A stretch of 64,000 bases of DNA from Chloropicon primus (taxonomy: Eukaryota): assembly GCA_023205875.1 (NCBI GenBank), contig CP060758.1, positions 186,001 through 250,000 on the forward strand. Direction: 5' to 3'. Both the position numbers and the translations under genes were made by a program. The notes beneath the pieces were generated by a model. The model did no database searches and was not told where the DNA came from. It worked only from the letters and a program-made list of their open reading frames with translations. Below, piece after piece: positions 1 through 11,076 of this stretch (position 1 is its first letter; each line of letters starts with the position of its first letter).

Positions 1-527
1 ACCAGGGAGACCGCGCCCTCGCTGTGCCCGACGCTGATCGTGCTCGATCCCGGATACGTCGCCTCGATGCAAGCCGCCGTCGCCGGTTTCGACTTTCCCT
101 GCAGCGCCTGGTGCTTGTTCCACTTGAGCGCCTCTATCTTGCGGGAAAATCTCGTGAACCCTCCCACGTCGCTCAGGGTGAGCAGCTCCTTGGTGCAACT
201 GCCCACCAGGGCCTCGGTGCCCACGGGCGTCAAGTCCAGAACGGCCGGCGTCATCTGCAAGTGGGGCGGCAAGTTCTGAACCTTGTCGGACGCGTTCGCC
301 CGCCCTGGGTTCCAGCAAGCGTACTGCTCCAGGGTGCTCCCATCCAGGGCGCACACGTCTCCCGTGCTCCCCCCCAGCCAAACCACCTCGCGCCTCGGGT
401 CCGCCCTCACCACATTGATTCCTCCGTATATCTGCGTCATCCCGAGGCACAGCGGCACACCCGCTTCCCTTTCCTCCCCACCCTCCAGGCCAAGGCCTCC
501 CAGCTCATCCCCTTCCGCCATCGCCAT
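1..527 (-). CDS. 5' part of a gene running off the window; probable PAN2 deadenylase N-terminal WD40 region
   Basis: Open frame from ATG 527 (or 521) to the window edge: MAMAEGDELGG...INVVRADPRREVVWLGG...LEQYACW...VLDLTPVG...LLTLSDVGGFTRF...TISVGHSEGAVSL. This resembles the PAN2 N-terminal pattern (D..EE.LW.G...L.RY...RGG...F). Not in the ORF track because it has no stop in the window. Confidence 0.5.
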   Translation of the reverse strand, partial: MAMAEGDELGGLGLEGGEEREAGVPLCLGMTQIYGGINVVRADPRREVVWLGGSTGDVCALDGSTLEQYACWNPGRANASDKVQNLPPHLQMTPAVLDLTPVGTEALVGSCTKELLTLSDVGGFTRFSRKIEALKWNKHQALQGKSKPATAACIEATYPGSSTISVGHSEGAVSL

Positions 528-1110
528 CACGACGCACGGGAACTCTTCCCCTTCGCTACCAGACCCTCGCTCTTCCCCTCCCCTCCACCAACGCCTTCGA
601 GACAACCTCGATGCGGAATCCCTAGCCCCTCTCGTCCCACCCTCTGCCTCTTCCTCTCTCTTCCTCTCTCCCTCGTTTCCCGTCCTCCAATCCTCACCAG
701 AGCGCCGTTTTCCTCGAGCGAGGGCTCTTTCGAAAGAGCAACACAACACAATCCGATCGATCTTCCTTACAACACTACCTCGATGCCTCTCCTCCTTCCT
801 AACCCTTCCCCTCTCCTCCCCCCTCCCTCCCCCCCAAGTGATCGCGACGATCGATAGTTTCCCGCTCCTCCGAACGTTCGATGGGAGAAATTAGAGCCGC
901 CAAGAGCGAGGAAGAGAGCGAAGAGCACACAACAGAAGAGCGCAGCAACTGGAGCCGCTCGACTCAACTTGAACGCGTCGGCGTGAACGAACGCGCGCGC
1001 TCTCTCTCTTGTTGTTGGCGTAACAGAAGCCTTTCGGTTACGGTTCTCTAGTGGAGCGAGTCGGTTCCCTTTTTTTTTTTTTGTGTGTGTGTGTGTTTGT
1101 GTTTTTTGTC

Positions 1111-3285
1111 ATGGGAGGAAAGAGAGTGGAGAGACCACCGGAGGGTGTGGAGTTCCCTTTGGATGAGAGCAACAGGAGGTCGACGTTGGCCCTGAACGCG
1201 GCGGCGTTCGCGGCCTCGGTGGACGGGGTGGATCCAACGCTCGCGGCTAGGATCAGGACGGACGCGCCAAAGTGGAGGAAGAGGTACGCAAAGTACGTCG
1301 TGGAGAACGTGAAGACTTCCGCCAAGAGCGAGAAGAATGCTCTCGACGTTGCCAACGCGGGCTTGGACTACCTTCACGAGAACATGGTGTTCGTCCGGAA
1401 CGAGAGGTCCATGCCGCTGAGGACGGCCATGAGCGAGTTCAAGTCGGACACCTTCGCAACTGGGACGATCAAGGGCAAGGGGAGAGTCAAAGGAAAGCAC
1501 GAGTACGAGGTTCCCTACAAGAACAAAGTTCTCAGAGGGGACGACCTCTTGGTGCAGATCGATAGGTGGGTGAGCCAAGGCGTCATCGAGGTCTCGTGTG
1601 GCCACGCTCTGAACGAGGTGGCGAGAACCGAGTCGTGGCTCGACTTGAGCGGCCTCTACTTTGTGATGCTTGGCGCGTCTTCCGCCATGGGACCGTTTGA
1701 GTTCCTCATGTCTCACGGCGCGAACGTGATCGCCGTGGACATCGACAGGCCGCACATCTGGAAGAAGCTTATCGGCATCGCGAAGAACTCTGCGGGAACC
1801 TTGACCTTTCCTCTCAAGAAGGCCCAGGGGTCTCAGAGCGAGGCCTCCTTGGCGGAGAACGCGGGGTGCAACTTGCTGACCCAAACTCCAGAGATCAGGA
1901 ACTGGTTGCAGGGTATCCACAAGGGCAAGAGCCTCATCATCGGCTCGTACGCCTACCTCGACGGCGCCCTCTTCGTGAAGCTGTCCATGGCCATGGACGC
2001 CATCGCCAAGGACTTGGTGGCCTCCAGGAAGAACACGGCCCTCGCTTACTTGTGCACCCCCACCGATTGCCATATCGGAACCGCGTCGGCGAGCGCGGTG
2101 GCCAACAAAAACTACAGGAGGTCCCCCGCGTGGCAGACCGTCCTGTCGCTCTTCGGAGCGGGCCTCAAGAGGAACACTTACAAGAAGGTGACGGACGAGG
2201 AGGGCAACAACTTCCATTGCGTGGACGCCATCGTCCCCGAGCAGGGGCCTAATTACATCCTCGCAAAGCGCCTGCAGCACTGGAGGGCCATCGTCTCGAG
2301 GGACAAGGGAAGCGTGGTGAGCTCCAACGTCGCCCCCGCCACCAGAACCCTGAGCGTGGTCCACAACATCTCGTTCAAGATGGCTTACGGCGGTATGAAA
2401 CACTTCAAGCCCCTCGAAGTCTTCGACCAGGAGACTTCCAGCGCGGTCATGGCCGGCCTTCTGGTGTACGACCTCATGTGCGCCAACTCTGCGGCGAACC
2501 CGTCCACGGAGCTTGCCAACCCCCTCTGCCTGTTCAGCGAGACCTCCTTCCACGGAGGAGCCTGGAGGTGCGGGCACAAGTACTCCACGATTGGAACCTC
2601 TGCCGTTCTGATGTACATCCTCACCGAGGTCCTCGTGACGGCCTACCTGTTTTTGTACAACATCTTTCAGGTGCTGGGCTGGGGCTACGTGGCCTACCTC
2701 ACTTTCAACCTGGCCAAGGCCGCTGACTTTGACCACCGCACCTTGACCAAGCAGAATGCGTGGGGCTCTGTTGGGGTCCCCCTGCGATTTTTCCAGGACC
2801 TTGCCTTGATGGAGGTGGTGCACGCCATGCTCGGCATGACGAGCAGCCACTGGATGACCGTCCTCATCCAGATCGCGTCCAGGATCTTGCTTGTCGAGGC
2901 CTTCATCCTCGTGCCCGAGGCCCAGGACACCATCTGGCTTTACGGCATCCTCGTCGCTTGGGGAATCACCGAGGTTGTCAGATACAGCTTCTACGCCCTC
3001 AAGCTCCTCGGCCGGGAGATTCCACTGCTCACTTGGCTCAGGTACACCCTCTTCCTCGTCCTTTACCCACTCGGAGTGCTGTCGGAGCTCTTCTGCATCC
3101 ACTCCGTTGTAAACAAGTGGGTAGGCTGGGACACGGTGGGCGCCAAGTACGCGGGCTACAAGCTGCCGCTCCAGTTGGCGTACTACAGTCTCTACGTCCC
3201 GTTCTTCCCCGTGCTCTACGGGCACATGCTCCACCAGAGGAAGAAGGTCCTGGGAGGCTCCAAAGGCAAGCAAAAGCAAGCGTAA
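1111..3285 (+). CDS. Fusion protein (724 aa): divergent SDR/Rossmann-like N-terminal domain plus C-terminal 3-hydroxyacyl-CoA dehydratase (PTPLA/PHS1/PAS2 family)
   Basis: First ATG at 1111. The C-terminal ~220 aa are multi-TM with YLFLYN, WGITEVVRYSFY and WLRYTLFLVLYPLGVLSE (catalytic Y and E of HACD), ending in basic HQRKKVLG...KQKQA. The N-terminal part has FVMLGASSAMG, NVIAVD, NYILAK and NVAPATRT. Confidence 0.85.
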   Translation: MGGKRVERPPEGVEFPLDESNRRSTLALNAAAFAASVDGVDPTLAARIRTDAPKWRKRYAKYVVENVKTSAKSEKNALDVANAGLDYLHENMVFVRNERSMPLRTAMSEFKSDTFATGTIKGKGRVKGKHEYEVPYKNKVLRGDDLLVQIDRWVSQGVIEVSCGHALNEVARTESWLDLSGLYFVMLGASSAMGPFEFLMSHGANVIAVDIDRPHIWKKLIGIAKNSAGTLTFPLKKAQGSQSEASLAENAGCNLLTQTPEIRNWLQGIHKGKSLIIGSYAYLDGALFVKLSMAMDAIAKDLVASRKNTALAYLCTPTDCHIGTASASAVANKNYRRSPAWQTVLSLFGAGLKRNTYKKVTDEEGNNFHCVDAIVPEQGPNYILAKRLQHWRAIVSRDKGSVVSSNVAPATRTLSVVHNISFKMAYGGMKHFKPLEVFDQETSSAVMAGLLVYDLMCANSAANPSTELANPLCLFSETSFHGGAWRCGHKYSTIGTSAVLMYILTEVLVTAYLFLYNIFQVLGWGYVAYLTFNLAKAADFDHRTLTKQNAWGSVGVPLRFFQDLALMEVVHAMLGMTSSHWMTVLIQIASRILLVEAFILVPEAQDTIWLYGILVAWGITEVVRYSFYALKLLGREIPLLTWLRYTLFLVLYPLGVLSELFCIHSVVNKWVGWDTVGAKYAGYKLPLQLAYYSLYVPFFPVLYGHMLHQRKKVLGGSKGKQKQA

Positions 3286-3489
3286 ACTCAAGATAACGTT
3301 AAGTACAAATCAATAATCAATAAAATAAAACAACAAAGGGAGAAACCTTTATTTCGACAAGTGCGAGATCGAGCCCGAGTGATGCTTGATCTGATCTAAG
3401 TTCCTTTCAAGTATTTTCCCTGGGGCCTCCTCCCTCCCTCGGGGATCTCCTGTCTCCTAAGATCCCAGCCACATTTTTATTTGGAGGCG

Positions 3490-3993
3490 ATGGCGACGAA
3501 CGGGTTGCGCTTGTGGTTGGGTCTGTCGAGGTCGGGCGGCTACCGCTCCACTGCCTTGGGCTTTGGATCAGCGGCCCGGCCTCTGAGCAGCGGCCCCGCG
3601 TCGGGGCAGACGCTGCCGCCGGAGATCACGGAAGAGAACCGCGAGAACTTCAGGCGAAGGTTGTTGTACAGGAGCCAACAGAGGGGGTGGCTCGAGCTGG
3701 ACTTGGTGATGGGTGAGTGGGCGGAGAAGAACCTGAAATCCTTGTGCGACGAGCGCCTCTTGGCGTACTCGGAGCTCCTGGACGAGGAGAACCCGGACCT
3801 CTTCAAGTGGTTCACCGGCCAGCTCCCTGCGCCTGAGAACATGCGAAAGAACTTCGCCTTCAACTTGATCCACCAGGAGGTCCAACGCCGAATGAAGGCC
3901 GGAAACGCCGAGTCCATGAACAGGTCCGGGGCGGAGTGGGTGAGGGGCTGGAACGACAGGGACAAGCCCTCCTCCTCCTCCTCCTCCTCCTGA
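3490..3993 (+). CDS. SDHAF2: Succinate dehydrogenase assembly factor 2 (Sdh5 family), mitochondrial
   Basis: RRRLLYRSQQRGWLELDLVMG and LLDEENPDLFKW motifs; R/S-rich presequence; ATG at 3490. Confidence 0.92.
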   Translation: MATNGLRLWLGLSRSGGYRSTALGFGSAARPLSSGPASGQTLPPEITEENRENFRRRLLYRSQQRGWLELDLVMGEWAEKNLKSLCDERLLAYSELLDEENPDLFKWFTGQLPAPENMRKNFAFNLIHQEVQRRMKAGNAESMNRSGAEWVRGWNDRDKPSSSSSSS

Positions 3994-4132
3994 AGGCTCG
4001 GAGAGGCAAGGAGAGGAGAGGAGAGGAACTCTCACAACAGCTAAAAACGAAGGACAAACAAACGTGTGTGTGTGTGTGTGTGGGGGGGGTGCAGCTTGTG
4101 TAATTTATTGCAACTTGGTGACGCACCGTGCA

Positions 4133-5821
4133 TCAGTATCCCAGGTCCAGCTTCCACTGGGTCTGCAAGCTGGTGAAGACCTCGTCCAGGAACTCGTCGC
4201 TCTCGTCCGTATCCGGAAGGTAAGCGCCCAAAGCTCCCCTCATTTTCGCGAGCTTGGTCACCGGACCGCCCTCGGGGACTTTCCCGTTTAGCCTCGTGAA
4301 GGGCCTCCACAGCTCGGTGAGGTCGACCCTCCCGAAGACGTCCTGCTTGCCGATCAGGTCGATCATGCAACCCTTCGTGTCCTCGCTCACAACCCCGTCC
4401 ACGCCCTTCCTCGCGTGCTTCATCCTCATCGGAGTGGACACCCCGGCGCTCTTCTTGACCCAAAACATTTCCCTCCTCGACTCCCTGGTGGGCAGCCTCA
4501 CGTCGTAGGGACTGAAGATCATGCCGACGAAGGGCTCGTGGTTTCCCTCGTCGTGGAAGAACGCCTGGTAATTCTCCTGGTTCTCAATGTCCTTCTCCGA
4601 CGGGTTTGGCTTGAAGGTGGGGTGGCTGTGGTACCAGCCCACGACCTTGAGCCCCAGCTCGTCCATCTTCTGCTTCGCGTCGAGCTCCGAGGCGGGGTCC
4701 ATCTCGCAGCTGTCCGTCTGCTGCGTCCCCGTCAGGCCCTTGCAGGGAAAGGCTCTCTTTATGCTCAGCTTTCTCGCGGCGGCGTCCCAGTCGCCCGCTA
4801 GGTACCCTATCACCTCGTAGCAGGAGAGGTGCGCGTGGAAGTCCATCAGGAGCATGGCCTCCTCGCTGACCTCGACGTGGTACGGCTGGGCCGAGGACGA
4901 ATTGGACCCAATGATCCCGACAAAGTCGGTGCACGGGCAGAGGTCCAAACTTCCCGACATATTCGACACGTAGTTGGCCATGACGTTGTTCCTCCCGGCG
5001 TTCTCCCTCTTGGGCCTGTTCTTGGCGTACTCGGTCGGCTCCGCCGGCTCCGGCGGGGGGGCCTCCGCCTTCGGAGGCCTGACCTTGGCGACGCGGACCT
5101 TCACCTCCTTCTTCCCGTCATTCCCCTTCGGGGGTTCCCCCTTGGCCTGCCTAATTTCGGCCGGTAGCTCGTCGTCCAGCCCAGTCTCGCCCCGCTCCAC
5201 GGCTTGGTTCGTCTTGCACTTGAGGTGGCCGTCCTCGCCCACCTCGAGCAGGCCGCCCTCGAGCTGGCCGCTCTCTTTCAGCTTCTCCAGCGTATCGGGC
5301 TTGAAGCCGTAGGCTCGCGCCGCCGCGGAGTTCGGGTCGAGCGGCTTCCCCGACAGTGTGTACCCCTCCCCGGACTCTGCCACCTTCCTGGGCAGGGGCT
5401 TGCCCTGAAGGCACATCTTGATGAAGTACTTCTGGGCGTGGGACGTGAACGAGCGTTGGTCCCTCGTCCCCACGTGGCTAGCGCACTCCTTCCAGTTCCT
5501 GCCGTAGAGCTTGAGCGCCTCCCGGAAGAGCCTCTCCTCCTCGGGCGTCCAAGCCCTCGGGGGCGTCCTCAGCTTCCCCGCGTCCTTCCTCTTCTTCCTC
5601 CCCGTCGCCGAGTACTCCTGGTTCGGGTCGATCACGCGAGGCCCCTTCTCCTTCCTCGGCCTCCCCGACGATGACCCCTTCCCCTTCCCCTTCTTCTTCC
5701 GCTTCCTGCCAAACTCCTCCTCGCTGTCGTCCTCCGGTCCCAAGCCGTACATGTCCTCGTAAGCGTCGTCCTCCGCAAGCATCTGCGCGATCAACGCGTT
5801 CGTAGCCTCGTCCGCATCCAT
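4133..5821 (-). CDS. Myb/SANT (SHAQKYF class) plus MPN+/JAMM metalloprotease; MYSM1-like deubiquitinase
   Basis: WTPEEERLFREALKLYGRNWKECASHVGTRDQRSFTSHAQKYF; JAMM motif YEVIG...VVGWYHSHPTFKPNPSEKD intact; basic NLS and GRPRK AT-hook-like motif. Confidence 0.88.
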   Translation of the reverse strand: MDADEATNALIAQMLAEDDAYEDMYGLGPEDDSEEEFGRKRKKKGKGKGSSSGRPRKEKGPRVIDPNQEYSATGRKKRKDAGKLRTPPRAWTPEEERLFREALKLYGRNWKECASHVGTRDQRSFTSHAQKYFIKMCLQGKPLPRKVAESGEGYTLSGKPLDPNSAAARAYGFKPDTLEKLKESGQLEGGLLEVGEDGHLKCKTNQAVERGETGLDDELPAEIRQAKGEPPKGNDGKKEVKVRVAKVRPPKAEAPPPEPAEPTEYAKNRPKRENAGRNNVMANYVSNMSGSLDLCPCTDFVGIIGSNSSSAQPYHVEVSEEAMLLMDFHAHLSCYEVIGYLAGDWDAAARKLSIKRAFPCKGLTGTQQTDSCEMDPASELDAKQKMDELGLKVVGWYHSHPTFKPNPSEKDIENQENYQAFFHDEGNHEPFVGMIFSPYDVRLPTRESRREMFWVKKSAGVSTPMRMKHARKGVDGVVSEDTKGCMIDLIGKQDVFGRVDLTELWRPFTRLNGKVPEGGPVTKLAKMRGALGAYLPDTDESDEFLDEVFTSLQTQWKLDLGY

Positions 5822-6308
5822 CACGACAACCCAACACTAACAATCCAACGACGACGAACGGCAAGAGAGAGAGAAAAGAGAAAGAAAGAGGCCGCGTCCA
5901 AACGCGAGAGGTACCACTGCAAAGCACGAGGTCCTCCTCCCGTCCCCTGTGTCCTCGCCTCGCCTCGCCCTCCTCGTTCGATCGATCGCTCGACTCGATC
6001 TCGATCTCCTTTCCCGCGCTTTTTTTTTCCCCGTTGATCGATCACAAAATGACGACGACGATCGCGATCACGATCCTCGTGGAACGACGGCGACGGCGGG
6101 GAAACGGGGAGGGGTGAAGGCACCCATCGGAGGGTCGAGCACGATCGCGATCGTACCGTGACCCTCCACCCCGTTCTCTCTTTTTTTTTTTTTTGACGAC
6201 GACAACGACGACGTTGGCGTCGGCATCGGCAACGGCATCGTTCGGTTCGCGCGACGGGGATCCCGAAAAACCAAACCTCTTCTCTTGGGGTTTCGGTTTA
6301 GGTTCGAC

Positions 6309-9300
6309 ATGGGTGGCGGTGGGAGCATCAGGCGGCTGGACAAGGGGAGCACGCGTCTGCTGAGCAGCGGGCAAGTGATCGTGTGCCTCTCGAGCGCGAC
6401 GAAGGAGCTCGTGGAGAACGCGATAGACGCCGAGGCGGGGAGCATAGAAGTCAAGTTCAAGGACTATGGGCTGACGTGCGTGGAAGTGAGCGACGACGGG
6501 TGCGGCATGAGGAGGGCGGACCTCTTCGACGAGGAGGGGGGGATTCTCCTTTGCCTGAGGCACACGACGTCCAAATTGAGGGATCCGACGGAGGTGTACG
6601 AGGGCAAGGTCGCCACGTTAGGTTTTCGAGGAGAAGCCTTGGCGTCCCTTTCCACGGTGGGGTCCGTGGAGATAGCCACGAGGGCGGAGGACAGCGTAGT
6701 CGACGGAGGGGGGAGCGGCCTGGCGACTGTTCTTACCTTCAACGGCGAGGGCCGCGGCGTGGAGGAGTCCACTTGTGCGAGAGGAAGGGGCACCACGGTG
6801 AAGGTCTCAGACCTCTTCAAGCAGCTGCCGGTGAGGCGGAAGGACTTTGAGCGCAACTGCAAGAAGGAGCTCACGAAAGCCGTGAGCCTTCTGCAGCAGT
6901 ACGCGATCATTCTGCCGAAAGGGAAAAGAATGCGGTGCTCCCACGCGACTTCAGCAGGAGCAAGCAAGGGAAAATCAAGCCAAAAGAAGAAGGCCAGCTC
7001 CACGGTCTTGTTCTCGTGCGGTGGGAACGCCGGGGCGCCCGACGCCAACGACAGCGGTGAAGCAATGCTGCTGAATGCTGCCGGCATCTTCGGTGCCAGG
7101 TTCGCCAAGAGCCTGCAGAAGCTTCACGTGCTCTTCGACTCGAACCTGGACATGGTCACCGAGGTGGAGAAGGACCGGTCCGTTTCTTTGGCCATCATGG
7201 ACGAAAAGAGACAGAAAATGCACGAACTTGCCGACCTTCAGGGCACCGCAATGGGGGGCCAGGACCACAAGGGGGGTGACAAGTTAGTTGCCCACAGGAT
7301 GTTGGCATCGCGCGCGAGGAAGAAGCTCGCTAATTTTTGCGGGGTCGAATTCGAGGGCTATGTATCCAAAGCCGTGAGCTGCATCTCAGAAGACATGAGG
7401 CAGACCAGCGAGGCTCAGTACTTTTATGTGAACTCCCGGCCTGTTGATTGCCCGAAATTCTCAAAGTTGCTGAACAAGACGTACAGATCTTTGAGCTCGG
7501 TGGCTGGGGTGAACGCCGCCAAGAGGCCCTCCGCGTTCATCAACATAAAGGTGCCTCGAAACTACTGCGACATTAATGTTTCTCCGAACAAGAGAGAGAT
7601 ACAGTGGGAGGTGGAAAAGGTGGTGTTGGAGTGCTTTCGCATAGCCCTGATGAAGTTGTGGGAACCCTCGAGATACACATACGCTGTGAATGATAGGCAG
7701 TCCTTAGTGTTAGAGGATCACGCAAACCAAACCACATTACTTCCGCCCAAAGGTCAGGGAGCACTGGGGGTGGCAACTGCCAAGTCGAGTGGTGGCGATG
7801 ATGGCGGCGACATCGTTCTCGGCAATGCTCGCGACGACGCTGATGGTAGCAACGACGTCGACGCAGAAGAGCGGGAAGAAGATGGCATCAACGCCGACGT
7901 TTCGCCACACGTGAAGAAGGAGAAACGCTCGAGAGCGTCGGAAGGTGAAGCTCATGTTTTGGAAGATCCAGCAGATCCAACCTCCTTGCGGGGCGTTTCA
8001 ACGCGTTCAACAAAGTCCTCGGACAAAAAGCTGTGGAATGATTACGTGAGTGAGACAAGGAGGCAAGGCAGGTCGGAGAAGAGTAGACGTTTGGGGTCAG
8101 AGAAGGCTTCAGGCATGCAGAGACTGTCCGCGTTTGGTTTCAAAGCGTTGGATCCTGCAGCCCAAACCGAGCCTGGCAGTCCAAAGCCCAACGCCGTCAG
8201 CAGCGAGGAGAACGCCTCCCTTGCAGCAGATGCGGGTGAAAGGGACACGATGCCCACCGAAACGTATTTGTGTGATGTGGCCCCTGCGGTGCCCTCCCAG
8301 GAGGCTGGGGACGCGGCCCCCGGGGCTGGGAGGAGCTCGGGTAATGAAGAAGGGGGAAAGCCCTCGAGTTTGGTGGCTGCGCCGGGCAATGGGAACCGCG
8401 GGGGTTGTGACGTTGTTGTGATCGGCGCAGATTCCCAGGAGGAGCCGCTCAAAAGTTCCACTGAGAGTGAGAAGACCAGGCACAAAGCTCACACTGACAT
8501 CAATTTTGACAGGGTCATAAATGCGGTGGGAGCAAAATCCTCGGAAAGGCGTGCTCCTGAAGGGCAGAGGAACGCACTGAACTGGTCCGTGGAGGGCATT
8601 GGCACAAGAATGAAACAGAAGATGCGCTTGAAGAGGCAACTCAGGGCCTCTGATTCGGGCAAGAAGCGATTCAAGGCCTCATCCCTCCAGCACCAGGCTG
8701 AGCGACGTGAAACGGCAGATCAAGAGGCCGAGGAGGAGCTGAAGAGGGTATTCGACAAGAATGATTTCAAAAGGATGCACGTGATCGGCCAGTTCAACTT
8801 GGGTTTCATCCTCGCCAGGTTGGGTAGGGACATCTTTATTGTGGACCAGCATGCATCAGACGAAATATTCAACTTTGAGCGCTTGCAGAATCACACAAAA
8901 TTGAACAAGCAGCCCTTGATAACACCGGTACCCCTTGAGATGTCGCCGGCGGAGCAACTTGTGGTTCAGGATAACATGAACGTCTTTCACCACAACGGCT
9001 TTGACATCAGGAACACTTCTTTCATGCCCTTCTGTATGTGTGCCGTTCCGTATAGCAAGAACACCGTCTTTGGTGCTGATGGTAAGTCAACTTTTGTCAC
9101 TTCTCTCTCCCCCCGCTTTCCCTTTCTCCACAATCTTCCATCATCAATTGGATTCAACTATCCTCTGAAGGAATTGTTCCTTTCGCGTACTCAGTATGCA
9201 CTGTGAGCATACCATGTTTTCCGGGGCTGATCGAATCCATACAGCTTTCATTGCAATCAGCTTGCAAGTTATATTCAATGACTTGTGAGTCAAATCTTCA

Positions 9301-9633
9301 ATGAGACATCCAAAAAACATGGACGACTCCATTGCCTTTGCTAATGCTTCTGTCCTCTTCCCCCCCCGCTTGCACACAGACGTATACGAAATGGTGGACA
9401 TGATCCAACAGTCCCAGTCCCTCAGCAACGCGCACGTCCGACCTACCAAGGTTAGGGCAATGTTTGCATCCAGAGCTTGCAGGTCTTCCATCATGATCGG
9501 CCAGACTTTGGACAAAAGGAGCATGTACAAAATTTTAGACAATCTGGTGACGCTTGAGGCGCCCTGGAACTGCCCCCACGGCAGACCAACCATGAGGCAC
9601 CTCTTCGTGCTCCACAGCTTGACAAAGGCTTGA
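6309..9633 (+). CDS. PMS2: MutL-alpha endonuclease subunit PMS2 (plant PMS1); 2 exons (6309-9081, 9380-9633)
   Basis: GHKL ATPase motifs [16 protein letters not shown] and GFRGEAL; endonuclease motifs [15 protein letters not shown] and CPHGRP. GT-AG intron 9082-9379 restores the frame (GADDVYEM). Confidence 0.93.
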
Positions 9634-9724
9634 CACCAGCTTTATGTAACTTCTAGTTTTACACAACAACACTTGGCACTTTTGAGGTTCCTCGATACAT
9701 TCATATGCATATCATATGCATCAT

Positions 9725-10957
9725 TTACTTCTTCTTACGTCGCACGGTGAGGACCTTCTTTGCAGTCTTCTTCTTCGCCACTGTCTTCTTCGCCACTTTT
9801 TTCTTAGGTGCCAGCTTTTTAGCTGTTGCTTTCGTCTGCTTCTTTGAAGCTCCTCCCACCTTTTTCACTCCCCCGCTCTTTGTGCCCAGTTTCTGGGCTG
9901 CCTTGGTCGCCGTGGCTTTCTTCTTCGCGCCAAGCCTCGATTTCGCAGGGGTCGCCTTTTTGGTCACTTTTCGTTCTGGAAAGGGTGAAGCAAGGAGAGA
10001 GGCAAATGTTTGTGTTGCTTGTCAGTCAACCGCAGGGCCCAAGTATACGCGTAACGGAATGCGAGGGAGAAAGTTCTCACCTGCTGCGGCTTTCTTTCCT
10101 GCGGCTTTGGTCACTTTGGTCTCTGCTCCTGGCATGATCACCTTCCTCTTCGGCGTTTTCTTCGTTGCTGGTGACTTGACCTTCTTTGCCTTTTCATTTT
10201 GAACAACAACCTTGAGCTTCGGGGCAGCCTTCTTCGGGGCAGGCTTCTTTGGAGTCGCCTTCTTCGGAGTCGCCTTCTTCGGAGTCGCCTTCTTCTTCTG
10301 AACCTGCTGAACCAAAGCCAACAGAACGTGATAAGACAAGGTTGAGTTAGAATACCGCCTGGTGCATTGTCACCTGTCACGGCCAGGAGGGAGCCAATCC
10401 CTCGCCGCGACTCACCTTCTTGTTCAAAACCTTCTCCTTGGTCCCCTTTCCCTTCTTCGGTGTTGCTTTCTTCTTCCCCTTGGGCACATTCCCTCCCCTG
10501 GCCTTCGCCAGGGCTGCCTCTCTCTTGCTCGACGAGCGTGTCTGAGCAGCCTGTTGGGCAAAAAGACCACGTCAGCGTAAACACACCAAGCCCAAAGACG
10601 TCCTGGCTCACTCGCCACCGCCTCTGTCTGACTCACCTTTGCCTTTTCCTTCTTCGTCTTCGTTGCCGTTTTTTTGGCTGGAGTTGCTTTCACACTTTCA
10701 CGCGTCTTCTTCTTAGCAGGCGTGGATTCTTTCGCACCCTTCTTCGCTTGCTTTCCCTTGGCGTTCGCCTTGGCATTCGCCTTGGTCTTTCCGTTCTCTT
10801 TCGCCTTGGCCGCTTTCTCGTTAGCCTTCTTGATCTGCTTCTTCTTCTCCTTCTTGTCCGTCTTGATCACTTCATCCAAACTCATGTCTACGCGTTTCTC
10901 AAGGTTCAACCCTTCGCGGAAGGTGAGGTCACCATTGAAAACGAAAGAGGACGTCAT
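9725..10957 (-). CDS. Lys/Ala-rich basic nuclear protein with N-terminal UAP56-binding (ALY/UIF-type) motif; 4 exons (10957-10637, 10550-10416, ~10306-10081, 9975-9725)
   Basis: LEKRVDMSLDEVIK, then K/A/T/P-rich sequence with repeated KATPKK. GTGAG donors and CAG acceptors join the ORF-track fragments in frame. Confidence 0.72.
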
Positions 10958-11035
10958 GTTCCTCTCAACCTGTTCGGCACTCCCCCCTGTCGTCGCCCTT
11001 ATGCTCTCCCTTGGTATCGGTCCTTGCCCCCCTCG

Positions 11036-11076
<41 letters not shown>

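Noticed and set aside
1048..3291. 747-aa antisense ORF exactly mirroring the SDR-HACD gene (similar shadows over FtsH, NUP205 and ORC2)
   Set aside because: Expected from strong GC3 codon bias, which removes antisense stops; no recognisable motifs.
9725..10957. Histone H1 call for the Lys-rich gene
   Set aside because: No H15 globular winged-helix domain is visible; only compositional similarity.
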